Below, in pieces: positions 25,846 through 33,506 of a DNA stretch of 52,811 nucleotides. A program made the translations under genes and the position numbers. The stretch's first letter is position 1. Each line of letters begins with the position of its first letter. The notes under the pieces are model-generated. The model was not told the origin of the DNA. It was given only the letters and a program-made list of their open reading frames with translations, and did no database searches. Source of the stretch: Candidatus Pacearchaeota archaeon (lineage in GTDB: Archaea; Nanobdellota; Nanobdellia; Pacearchaeales; GW2011-AR1); the NCBI GenBank assembly GCA_017609755.1, contig JAFCDI010000005.1:1-52811 (forward strand), in the 5' to 3' direction.

Positions 25846-26355
25846 AAAGACTCCCGATTTTTTCTTTACAAGTTCTATATAATATCTTGTTGCCTCTATC
25901 AAACTAATCATTTTTTCATCTTCTGAATCATCACTTTTTAAAATCTTTATTATTTTATAAAGTTCTCTAAATTCTTCTTCAGATACTCCCATTTCTTTTG
26001 AGGGTTTTTGCATATTAATACCATTTTTTGATTCATTCTCCACCTCTATCCCAATTATCTCTTTTTTTAAATGTCTAATTATCTTATCTAGGTTATAGCT
26101 TAACTTAAAGATTGCTCTAGTATGGAGCAGAGGGTATTTTTCTGCGTCAATCATTTTGTCAGACAAGGAAATTTCAATATATCCAGCTAATTTAGTTTTT
26201 CCAAATAGACCTTTATGATTAATATTCCCGAAGATGATTCTTGCATATACTTTAGGAGACCTTTCATTAAGGATAATATCTCTACTCTTAAGGTTATCAG
26301 TTTCCCTTACTCCTATCATAAATGGTTCTTCTTTATTTTTGGAAATACTTCTCAT
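25750..26355 (-). CDS. Hypothetical protein (island gene); the last ~32 codons overlap the convergent ORF 25138..25845
   Basis: 201-aa ORF. The F/S/L-rich tail is antisense to the K/E-rich end of the neighbour, so the functional C-terminus is uncertain. Confidence 0.4.
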   Translation of the reverse strand: MRSISKNKEEPFMIGVRETDNLKSRDIILNERSPKVYARIIFGNINHKGLFGKTKLAGYIEISLSDKMIDAEKYPLLHTRAIFKLSYNLDKIIRHLKKEIIGIEVENESKNGINMQKPSKEMGVSEEEFRELYKIIKILKSDDSEDEKMISLIEATRYYIELVKKKSGVFLGFKRISFFYFSVVNFTLSKNFSNSSRFLSN

Positions 26356-26489
26356 TTTTAAACAAGAATCTTATAGATTAAAAATGTTTTCTATGTTGGT
26401 TCTGTTAAGTTTTCGTGGCTTTGATTATGGTGTTAAGCGGTGTGGCTTATTACATAAATCTTTAAAATAATGCTTAGGCGTGTTTTATT

Positions 26490-26990
26490 ATGATGGTTGA
26501 TTGGTTAAGTTTTATTGCCTTAATTGGATATGTTTTTCTTACATACTTAATATTAAAAGAAAAATATAATCCTTTGGTTTCTTTTTATCTTAATGGGCTT
26601 AAAGAAAAATCACATATTGGTTTTAATATGGATAATATGAGTAGGGTAGAAGTTGAAGTTTTTGGAATAGTATGGGTTAAAATAAATAATAAAAGATTTG
26701 AGTTAAAAGATGGATTTTACGGAAATAAGAAACATTGGATATTACAACCAAAAACTAAAGTATTTGGACATTTTTATTTAACAGAACTAAAAGATAATTG
26801 TGGAAAAGGGATTTACGATTTCTTAAAAGAAAATAAAGAAAATTCAATCTCCTTTAATATAGAAATAAAGTATAGAAGAGTTTTAAAAAATAAATTTTTT
26901 AGGAGAGTTTTAAAACTTAGATGGAGAAAAACTTCTCCCCAAAATTATTTTCATAATTTTATGAATGGAGATTTTTGGTTAGATGTTTAA
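26490..26990 (+). CDS. Hypothetical N-terminally membrane-anchored protein (island gene)
   Basis: One TM helix (WLSFIALIGYVFLTYLIL), then a basic soluble domain. No family recognised. Confidence 0.4.
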   Translation: MMVDWLSFIALIGYVFLTYLILKEKYNPLVSFYLNGLKEKSHIGFNMDNMSRVEVEVFGIVWVKINNKRFELKDGFYGNKKHWILQPKTKVFGHFYLTELKDNCGKGIYDFLKENKENSISFNIEIKYRRVLKNKFFRRVLKLRWRKTSPQNYFHNFMNGDFWLDV

Positions 26991-27280
26991 TTGTCTAAGT
27001 ATTAAGAATTAAATTAGGTTTCAAATGTCTGGAGTTATTTTTGAACAAAAATTCAAAAACATTTTTAAAGTATATTTCTTTCTTTAATTTAGAGGCAAAA
27101 ACAAAAAAAGATTATTTCATACTTAACAAGACACATGGTTTTCATTTACCATTCTCCTTGTTATATCTGCGAATTTACATGGGTTAAATCTCCCTTTTGC
27201 CTCTTTTTTAGTTTTATAGTTCTTTTTTTGGCGTCACAAAGATTTAAATAAGGTTCAATATTGGCTATTATATGTAATCG

Positions 27281-27313
27281 CAGAAAAAGAATATAGTTCT
27301 TCTTCTGTTTTTT
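27281..27313 (+). terminator. Hairpin plus T6: terminator- or attenuator-like element
   Basis: cagaaaaagaa / ttcttcttctg forms 11 bp with 1 mismatch and the loop tatag. It is followed directly by tttttt. Confidence 0.4.
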
Positions 27314-27333
27314 GTAAAGAAGGTGCCAAAAAG

Positions 27334-27513
27334 ATGGCGAATGTAAAAGCATTAAATTATTTTGAAAAAGATTTTCATACTAACAAGTATAAGCCAAGAA
27401 CTATTGCAAGAAATATACCAACTTTTTATACAAAAGTGTATAGTTTTTTTGATTTAAATAGTTTGCGTATAAACGCTTTTAGAGGGGGTGAGATAAAATA
27501 TGGTAGAATATGA
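27334..27513 (+). CDS. Possible 59-aa ORF upstream of, and overlapping, ORF 27500
   Basis: MANVKALNYFEKDFHTNKYKPRTIARNIPTFYTKVYSFFDLNSLRINAFRGGEIKYGRI. AAGGTG lies 8 nt upstream of the ATG. 14-nt overlap with the next gene. Confidence 0.25.
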   Translation: MANVKALNYFEKDFHTNKYKPRTIARNIPTFYTKVYSFFDLNSLRINAFRGGEIKYGRI

Positions 27514-28396
27514 AGTTGAAACTAAGATTAGTATGAGCAGTATTGAATTGCCTCATTTTGAAAATCTTTCAGAAGAAGTTGACTTTGAATATATCTTTTG
27601 TCCAGAAGCTTTGGTAAAAAAAGATAGAAGAGATTTTTCAGAAGAAAGTATTGAATTAATTCAAAATGATTGGGTAGAAATAAAGAACAAATATCCTAAT
27701 AGCAAGGTAATTGGGGTTATACAATTTCCCAGAAAACTAAAAGTTAGGGATATTGAAAAAGTAGAAAGAGCATTAAGATGCTGTATCTATGATGGCTCTA
27801 ATGGAGTTTGTTTATGTGAGAGTGATTTAACCCAATCTGAAATTGGATTTTCTGAAGAAATTGAAGCTTTTTTAGAGGTAGTTGGAGATTCTGAAAAATT
27901 CTTAGTTTTAGATATGGAAACAAATGAACCACGTAAAAAACTTGAAATTGCTCTTTTGAAGGGAATTTTAAATATTATCCTCGTTGCTGGAGCATATAGG
28001 GATAATGGTTTGTGGGAAGATTTGATAATGAACATAAGAGCAAGTGAAGGTAAATCTTTTGTTATGTTGCCTCGTAATATGAATACTTGGACAAAAAAAT
28101 CATATATAGAAATAGCTCAAATTTTTGGAGCAGATTTTGTTTTTCAAGGATTTATGTATGGTGGTGGAAAGGGAAAAAAGAAAAACTATTTTCTTGATAA
28201 AAGTGATATGACTTTCAAAGAAAAGTCAGAATTGCCTTCTACTGCCCTTGTTTTTTCAGATGAACATTTTAAGAATTTTGAAAGACAATTTCAAGTTGGC
28301 TCAGACGAAGAAACTTCGTTAAGTAGAGTTTGTTCTTTTAAGGAAGCAGAATTATATTGTAGAGAAAATAGAAGAACAATAATCTTTGAGGCATAA
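27500..28396 (+). CDS. Hypothetical 298-aa protein (island gene), alternating beta/alpha pattern
   Basis: Strong Shine-Dalgarno GGGGGTGA 9 nt upstream of the ATG. No family recognised. Confidence 0.5.
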   Translation: MVEYEVETKISMSSIELPHFENLSEEVDFEYIFCPEALVKKDRRDFSEESIELIQNDWVEIKNKYPNSKVIGVIQFPRKLKVRDIEKVERALRCCIYDGSNGVCLCESDLTQSEIGFSEEIEAFLEVVGDSEKFLVLDMETNEPRKKLEIALLKGILNIILVAGAYRDNGLWEDLIMNIRASEGKSFVMLPRNMNTWTKKSYIEIAQIFGADFVFQGFMYGGGKGKKKNYFLDKSDMTFKEKSELPSTALVFSDEHFKNFERQFQVGSDEETSLSRVCSFKEAELYCRENRRTIIFEA

Positions 28397-28606
28397 ATTT
28401 CTTGCTTTTTTCTTTAACTCCTCTCGTCCTTCAAAATGGGGGGAGTTAAGGAATGTTTTTATTCTTAATTTTTTTATTTTTAGATTTATTTTATCATACT
28501 TTTTCTTACCAATCTTTTTTTGTTTTTTTAAATCATCTAAATAAATCTTAGAATAATAAACTATTTTTACTTTCTTTCTCCACGCTTGAAATTCCTGTTC
28601 ATTCAT
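28352..28606 (-). CDS. 84-aa Lys-rich protein, downstream partner of the AbrB-like gene (toxin candidate)
   Basis: ATGA start/stop overlap with the upstream AbrB-like ORF. No family recognised. Confidence 0.4.
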   Translation of the reverse strand: MNEQEFQAWRKKVKIVYYSKIYLDDLKKQKKIGKKKYDKINLKIKKLRIKTFLNSPHFEGREELKKKARNLCLKDYCSSIFSTI

Positions 28607-28782
28607 TTTTTACCTCTTGCCTCTCTAATTAATAAAGGGGTTTTCTCATTAAGTTCCTCATTTGGTTCTTTAATTAGTGGAACAAATATTAACTCTGTAT
28701 TTTCATTCCATCTCTTTAATTCAAGAATTTCTTTTGGGAGTGTAATTCTAAATTGTTTATCTGATTTGGTTATTTTTACCAT
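28603..28782 (-). CDS. SpoVT/AbrB-fold DNA-binding protein (antitoxin-like)
   Basis: 59-aa ORF not in the track: MVKITKSDKQFRITLPKEILELKRWNENTELIFVPLIKEPNEELNEKTPLLIREARGKK. It follows the looped-hinge-helix pattern (qitIPkei...gw..g..l). Confidence 0.6.
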   Translation of the reverse strand: MVKITKSDKQFRITLPKEILELKRWNENTELIFVPLIKEPNEELNEKTPLLIREARGKK

Positions 28783-28818
28783 AGTCTTATTTAGGTTAAT
28801 ATAGTCTTATAAAGACTA
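28781..28818. promoter_or_regulatory. Operator-like repeats over the AbrB-gene promoter
   Basis: atagtcttat occurs at 28781-28790 and 28801-28810 (20-bp spacing). The 17-bp palindrome tagtcttataaagacta (28802-28818) embeds the TATA box. Confidence 0.4.
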
Positions 28819-28870
28819 TGAGTATTTATAAGAATAGTGTATACTAAGTATATACTTAATCACCATAATC

Positions 28871-28878
28871 TTTATAAA
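28871..28878 (+). promoter_or_regulatory. TATA box (TTTATAAA) of the IS
   Basis: The octamer starts 29 nt upstream of the ATG at 28900. It is flanked by gtatatact at 28848-28856 and 28882-28890. Confidence 0.45.
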
Positions 28879-28899
28879 GGTGTATATACTATGTATATT

Positions 28900-29043
28900 A
28901 TGGCTAAGAAGAAAATTGAGATTGAACTCAACACCGACGATGAGGTTATAGAAAGGGATGTTAAACCATTTGGTAATGCCTCACACATAATCTTACCTCA
29001 AAAACACAAAGGCAAAAAAGCCACAATCATAATAAAGAAATAA
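28900..29043 (+). CDS. Small transposon-associated SpoVT/AbrB-like protein (DUF2080-like)
   Basis: MAKKKIEIELNTDDEVIERDVKPFGNASHIILPQKHKGKKATIIIKK. The V.K.V.pfGNs..v.LP..w.GK.v pattern matches my recollection of the archaeal 'putative transposon-encoded protein' family. Confidence 0.5.
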   Translation: MAKKKIEIELNTDDEVIERDVKPFGNASHIILPQKHKGKKATIIIKK

Positions 29044-29048
29044 ATAAA

Positions 29049-29068
29049 CTGCTCCCCGAAAGGAGCAG
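29049..29068 (+). other. GC-rich hairpin between the two IS genes
   Basis: ctgctcc-ccgaaa-ggagcag, a 7-bp stem that is conspicuously GC-rich for this genome. Confidence 0.4.
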
Positions 29069-29093
29069 GTATTCGTCGCAAAACAAATACAAA

Positions 29094-30331
29094 ATGAACA
29101 CACAAACAGAACTTAAAAATTTATCTGAAACAAGAGAACAGAGAGCAAAAGCAATTCTGGAAATCGGCAACCCTATTGTAGTTGATGAAAATACTTATCT
29201 TGTTCCTTCTCAATTTGATAGCAACAAGAAATATCAAGTTACTCATTTTGATAGTTATTCTTGTAATTGTAAAGATTTTGAATTAAGATGTAGAGCGAAA
29301 GGACTTTTTTGTAAGCACATCAAAGCAATTCTTTTATTTGAAAAGATTAAAGCAAAGTATGAATTTAAACCACAAGTAGAACAAGAAATAGAATTTATTA
29401 TTAATCCTATTAAAAAGAATTTATGCCCTAATTGTAGTTCAGAAAACATAATAAAATCTGGAAAGAGAAAAACACAATTTGGGATTAAGCAAAGATATGA
29501 ATGCAAGAAATGTAAAAAGAGATTTGTATTAAGCCCAATTCCAAAAATTAAAGGAAATGAGAAATTAGTTTGTCTTGCTATGGATTGTTATTATAGAGGT
29601 TTGAGTTATAGAGATATATCTGCACAATTCCAAAGTTTTTATGGATTAAAGATTTCTCACGTAACTATAAGAGATTGGGTTTTAAAGTTTGGAAAGATTA
29701 TGGAAAAATACTCTAAAACAATTCAACCAAATATTAAAGGAGTTTGGAATTGTGATGAAACTCTAATTTTAACAAAGCGAGGAAAAGACAGAAAACAACC
29801 AAACAAAAATTATGATTATGTCTGGAATGTTATAGATAATAAAACTAAATTCTTACTTGCTTCAATTAATTCAGGCAGAAGTAGAAAATCAAAAGACGCA
29901 CAAAAAGTTTTTACAGAAGCATATAAACAAAATGGAAAAATACCTTTTCAAATAATCGTGGATGGTTACAAAGGTTATCAAGATGGTTGCAGAAAAACTT
30001 TTAGAAATTGGGGAAATGAAAGAAAAGTTAAATTTACTTCAATAGTAGGAAAGAGAAAAATAATAAATAATAATGCAATAGAGAGTCACCACACGCAACA
30101 AAAAGAATTTCACAAAGTAAGGAGAGGAGTTACAGATGTTCAAAGTTATCAAGATGGATTTAGATATTTCATAACTTTGTAAGAAAAAACGCAAGAGAGG
30201 GCTTAACACCAGCAGATAAATGTGGAATAGGATTAAATGGAAACGCTTGGGAAACTATGCTATTAAACGCAATTAAACAACAAAACTCCCGAAACTTAAC
30301 AGGAGAGGGGAAAATGATGATAACTCCCTAA
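29094..30331 (+). CDS. Transposase: SWIM zinc finger + Zn ribbon + IS6-like DDE domain; frame broken near the 3' end (T3 run at 30167-30169)
   Basis: SWIM is CNCKDFELRCRAKGLFCKH. Zn ribbon is CPNCSSEN...CKKCKKRF. DDE blocks are WNCDETLI, IIVDGYKGY and NNNAIESHHTQQKEFHKVRRG. After the stop at 30182 the -1 frame continues FHNFVRKNAREGLTPADKCGI... to 30331, which is the expected family C-terminus. Confidence 0.7.
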
Positions 30332-30429
30332 TTCCTAACACTCTCGGCTCCCGAAACCCTTAAAAACCTATATTTTCTTGATATTTTATTCCAGGGTAAT
30401 TAAAATGAAAATTTCCGCTATACTAATAA

Positions 30430-31317
30430 ATGCCTACAAGGAAATCACCAAGAAAAGGAAGCTGGAAAGCAATTAATTCTGGAAAATTAATAAAAGGATT
30501 TATATGCTATAAAGCTGGAATGGCTTCTGCTCTAGTTAAAGATGAAACTCCTAATTCAATGACTAAAAGTAAAAAAATAGTAATTCCAGTGACGCTTCTT
30601 GAATGTCCTTCTATGAAAATATTCTCAGTTAGATTTTACAAAAATGGAAAAATTGTAAAAGAGTTTTTAGGAACTAATTTAGACAAGGAATTAAAAAGAA
30701 AATTAAAATTACCTAAAAATTCTGAGAGGAAATTTGAGGAATTTAAAGAGTGTGATGATATAAGAATTATTGTTTATTCTCAATCTAAAAAAACAGGAAT
30801 AAAAAAATCTCCAGATTTGAGTGAGATTGGATTAACTGGAACAATAGATGAAAAATTAGAATTTGTGAAAGAAAATATTGGAAAAGAGATTTCTATTCTA
30901 AACTTTTTTGAAAAAGGGCAATTAATTGATTTAAGAGGCTTGACAAAGGGAAAAGGGCTTTCAGGGCCAGTAAAAAGATTTGGAATTACTCTTAAAGCAT
31001 CAAAATCAGAAAAAGGAAGAAGAAGGCCTGGAAGTTTGGGGCCTTGGCATCCAGCAAGAGTTACTTTTAGAGCTCCTCAAGCAGGACAACTTGGAATGTT
31101 CACAAGAGTTATTTACAACAATAAAATTTTAGATATTGGAAAAGCTGAGAATAAATTTCAAAATATTAAAAACTATGGAAAAATAAATACGAATTATGTT
31201 ATTGTTTCTGGTTCTGTTTCAGGGCCTTCAAAAAGACAACTTCTAATAACTGCTCCATTAAGAGAAAGTAAAAAACAATCTAAAAAAAATTTTGAATTTT
31301 TGGAGATAATCAAATGA
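30430..31317 (+). CDS. rpl3: Ribosomal protein uL3
   Basis: GKGLSGPVKRFGI...RRPGSLGPWHPARV...AGQLGMFTRV. Confidence 0.9.
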   Translation: MPTRKSPRKGSWKAINSGKLIKGFICYKAGMASALVKDETPNSMTKSKKIVIPVTLLECPSMKIFSVRFYKNGKIVKEFLGTNLDKELKRKLKLPKNSERKFEEFKECDDIRIIVYSQSKKTGIKKSPDLSEIGLTGTIDEKLEFVKENIGKEISILNFFEKGQLIDLRGLTKGKGLSGPVKRFGITLKASKSEKGRRRPGSLGPWHPARVTFRAPQAGQLGMFTRVIYNNKILDIGKAENKFQNIKNYGKINTNYVIVSGSVSGPSKRQLLITAPLRESKKQSKKNFEFLEIIK

Positions 31318-32150
31318 AAGCAAATGTTTTAAATTTAGATGGAAGAAAGTTAAGAGAAATTTCTCTTCCTAAAGAATTTTCTTCTGAAATTAGAGAAGAT
31401 ATTGTTAATAAAGTTCTAGAAGCAAAAAAAAGAGAGCAATCTTATGCTCCTTCATTAGTAGGTGGAAAACAGCACTCTGCTAGTGGAATCATTAGACATA
31501 GAAGGCATGTTTGGAAGAGTCATTATGGACAAGGAATTTCAAGAATTCCTAGAAAAATTATCTCCAAAAGAGGAAATCGTATTAATTGGATTGGTGCAGA
31601 AATCTCTTCTGCTGTAGGGGGAAGAAGAGCTCATCCTCCAAAAGTTATCTCTAGAATAAATAATTTAAAAATAAATAAAAAAGAATTAAAAATAGCTTTT
31701 AATTCTGCATTAAGTGCAACTGCAGATTCTAAAAGAATAATTAAAAAATACAATAGAATAGATAAAATAGAAAAAAATTTTCCAATAATTATTTCTGAAA
31801 TTAATATAATAAAAATCAAAGAACTATTATCTAAATTAGAAAAAATTTTGGGAAAGGATTTGTATTCTATTGCAATAAGAAAAAAATCTCTTAGAGCTGG
31901 AAAAGGAAAAAGAAGAGGAAGAAAATACAAAAGCAATGCAGGATTATTATTGGTTCTTGGAAATAATGAAAAACTAAAAACAAATGCCTTTGAAATAGTT
32001 AATGTTAGAAATCTTGGAACTTCTAATCTTGCAAAAGGAGGATTAGGAAGATTAACTATTTACACTGAATCAGCAATTAAAGATATTGAAAATCTATACT
32101 CTGGAAATTCAAAAAAGCCAGAAATAAAAAATAAGGAGAAAAATAAATGA
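31314..32150 (+). CDS. rpl4: Ribosomal protein uL4
   Basis: HSASGIIRHRRHVWKSHYGQGISRIPRK. Operon position. Confidence 0.9.
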   Translation: MKANVLNLDGRKLREISLPKEFSSEIREDIVNKVLEAKKREQSYAPSLVGGKQHSASGIIRHRRHVWKSHYGQGISRIPRKIISKRGNRINWIGAEISSAVGGRRAHPPKVISRINNLKINKKELKIAFNSALSATADSKRIIKKYNRIDKIEKNFPIIISEINIIKIKELLSKLEKILGKDLYSIAIRKKSLRAGKGKRRGRKYKSNAGLLLVLGNNEKLKTNAFEIVNVRNLGTSNLAKGGLGRLTIYTESAIKDIENLYSGNSKKPEIKNKEKNK

Positions 32151-32383
32151 AACCAATAGTTACTGAAAAAGCTGTTATGAAAATTGAAGCTCAAAATACT
32201 CTTACTTTTGAAATTAGCAAAATAAAATCAAAAGAGGATATTAAAAAAGAGTTTGAAGAGCTCTTTAAAGCAAAGATTGAAAAAATAAGAGTACAAATTA
32301 AGGGAAATAAAAAATATGCTTATATTAAATTAAAAAAAGATTTTCCAGCAATTGATATTGCTACAAAATTAGGACTAATGTAA
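32147..32383 (+). CDS. rpl23: Ribosomal protein uL23
   Basis: 78 aa. PIVTEKAV...TLTFEI pattern. Operon position. Confidence 0.85.
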   Translation: MKPIVTEKAVMKIEAQNTLTFEISKIKSKEDIKKEFEELFKAKIEKIRVQIKGNKKYAYIKLKKDFPAIDIATKLGLM

Positions 32384-32384
32384 A

Positions 32385-33083
32385 ATGGGAAAAAGAATAA
32401 TAACACAAAGAAGAGGAAGAGGAACTTTCACTTATAAAGTTAGAAAAAAAGCATTTAGATTTAAACTACAATATTCTTCCAATTTAAAAGGAGAAGGAGA
32501 GATAATTAAGTTGTTTAATTCTTCTGCTCATACTGCTCCATTAGCAAAAGTAAAATATGAAAAAGGAAGTTTTTATATTCCGGCTGCAAAAGGAATGTTT
32601 GAAGGACAAAAAATAAAATTAGAAGGTAAAGAAATTAGTTCAGGAAATATTCTTCAATTAAAAAATATTCCAGTTAAAACAAGCGTTTATTGTATAGAGG
32701 CTCGTCCAGGAGATGGAGGAAAATTCATTAAAAGTGGAGGAAATTCTGCAATTGTTAATAGAATTTCAAAAGATTTTGTTTCTATTGTTTTTCCATCAAA
32801 AAAAGAAAAGAAATTAAATCTAAATTGTAGAGCTATTATTGGAGAGATTGCTGGAGCAGGTAGATTAGAAAAACCAATTATAAAAGCTGGAAAAAAGTAT
32901 CATCTTAAGAAAGCAAAAAGTAAATTATGGCCAAGAACCTCTGCAGTAAAAATGAATGTAATTGATCATCCTTTTGGTTCTGGTAGAGCTAAAAACGTCA
33001 AAAGCAAAATTGCTAAGAGAAATGCACCTCCAGGAAGAAAAGTTGGATTGTTAAGGCCAAAAAGAACAGGTAAAAAGAAATAA
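32385..33083 (+). CDS. rpl2: Ribosomal protein uL2
   Basis: MGKRIITQRRGRG...VYCIEARPGDGGKFIKSGGNSA...DHPFGSGRA. Confidence 0.95.
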   Translation: MGKRIITQRRGRGTFTYKVRKKAFRFKLQYSSNLKGEGEIIKLFNSSAHTAPLAKVKYEKGSFYIPAAKGMFEGQKIKLEGKEISSGNILQLKNIPVKTSVYCIEARPGDGGKFIKSGGNSAIVNRISKDFVSIVFPSKKEKKLNLNCRAIIGEIAGAGRLEKPIIKAGKKYHLKKAKSKLWPRTSAVKMNVIDHPFGSGRAKNVKSKIAKRNAPPGRKVGLLRPKRTGKKK

Positions 33084-33107
33084 AAATGATAGAGAGAAAT
33101 TTATAAA

Positions 33108-33503
33108 ATGGAAATAAGAAAAAAAGAATTCACATACAAAGGACTTGGACTAGAAGAGTTAAAAAAACTAGATGTTCGTGAATTTGCAAAATATTTAACT
33201 TCAAGACAAAGAAGAACTATTTTAAGACAATTTCAAAAAATTGAGACATTCATTAATCGAGCAAAAGAAAAGCAAAAAAAAGATAAGAGAATTCGAACTC
33301 ATCAAAGAGATTTAATTGTGGTTCCTTCAATGATTGGAATGAAAATCTCTATTTACAATGGAAATACCTTTATTCCAATCGAAATAACTGGTGAAATGCT
33401 TGGACATAAATTTGGAGAATTTGCTCCAACAAGAAATAAAGTTAAACATAGTAGTGCAGGAGTAGGGGCAACAAAAGGAACTCGTGCTAAATCAAAGAAA
33501 TAA
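33108..33503 (+). CDS. rps19: Ribosomal protein uS19
   Basis: IYNGNTFIPIEITGEMLGHKFGEFAPTR. Confidence 0.9.
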   Translation: MEIRKKEFTYKGLGLEELKKLDVREFAKYLTSRQRRTILRQFQKIETFINRAKEKQKKDKRIRTHQRDLIVVPSMIGMKISIYNGNTFIPIEITGEMLGHKFGEFAPTRNKVKHSSAGVGATKGTRAKSKK

Positions 33504-33506
33504 AAA

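Larger units (their letters stand above)
28836..30331 (+). mobile_element. IS element (IS6-like DDE transposase plus small upstream AbrB-like ORF); ends not defined
   Basis: Two-gene transposon-type module. Its own promoter is flanked by GTATA(TA)CT repeats. Terminal inverted repeats could not be identified by eye. Confidence 0.5.

Noticed and set aside
27114-27387. A near-repeat atttcatac(t)taacaag at 27114-27130 and 27373-27387.
   Set aside because: It is a 15/16-nt match with an indel in AT-rich sequence. One copy lies inside a possible ORF, and there is no symmetry or further copies. That is too weak to interpret.
28586-28804. Track ORF 28586-28804(+), 72 aa.
   Set aside because: It has an F/S/L-rich antisense-type composition. 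The opposite strand encodes a well-formed SpoVT/AbrB-like protein with a promoter and an ATGA coupling to the next gene.
30285-30362. Short direct repeat ctcccgaaac at about 30287 and about 30349, and its resemblance to the hairpin loop region gctccccgaaagg at 29051.
   Set aside because: It is only 10 nt long. The first copy lies inside the restored transposase reading frame. There is no flanking similarity.
28783-30429. Terminal inverted repeats and target-site duplication of the IS.
   Set aside because: I compared the 120 bp left of the small ORF with the reverse complement of the 100 bp right of the transposase frame. Only 6-7-nt matches were found (taggtt, agtata), which is indistinguishable from chance in AT-rich DNA. 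The ends remain undefined.
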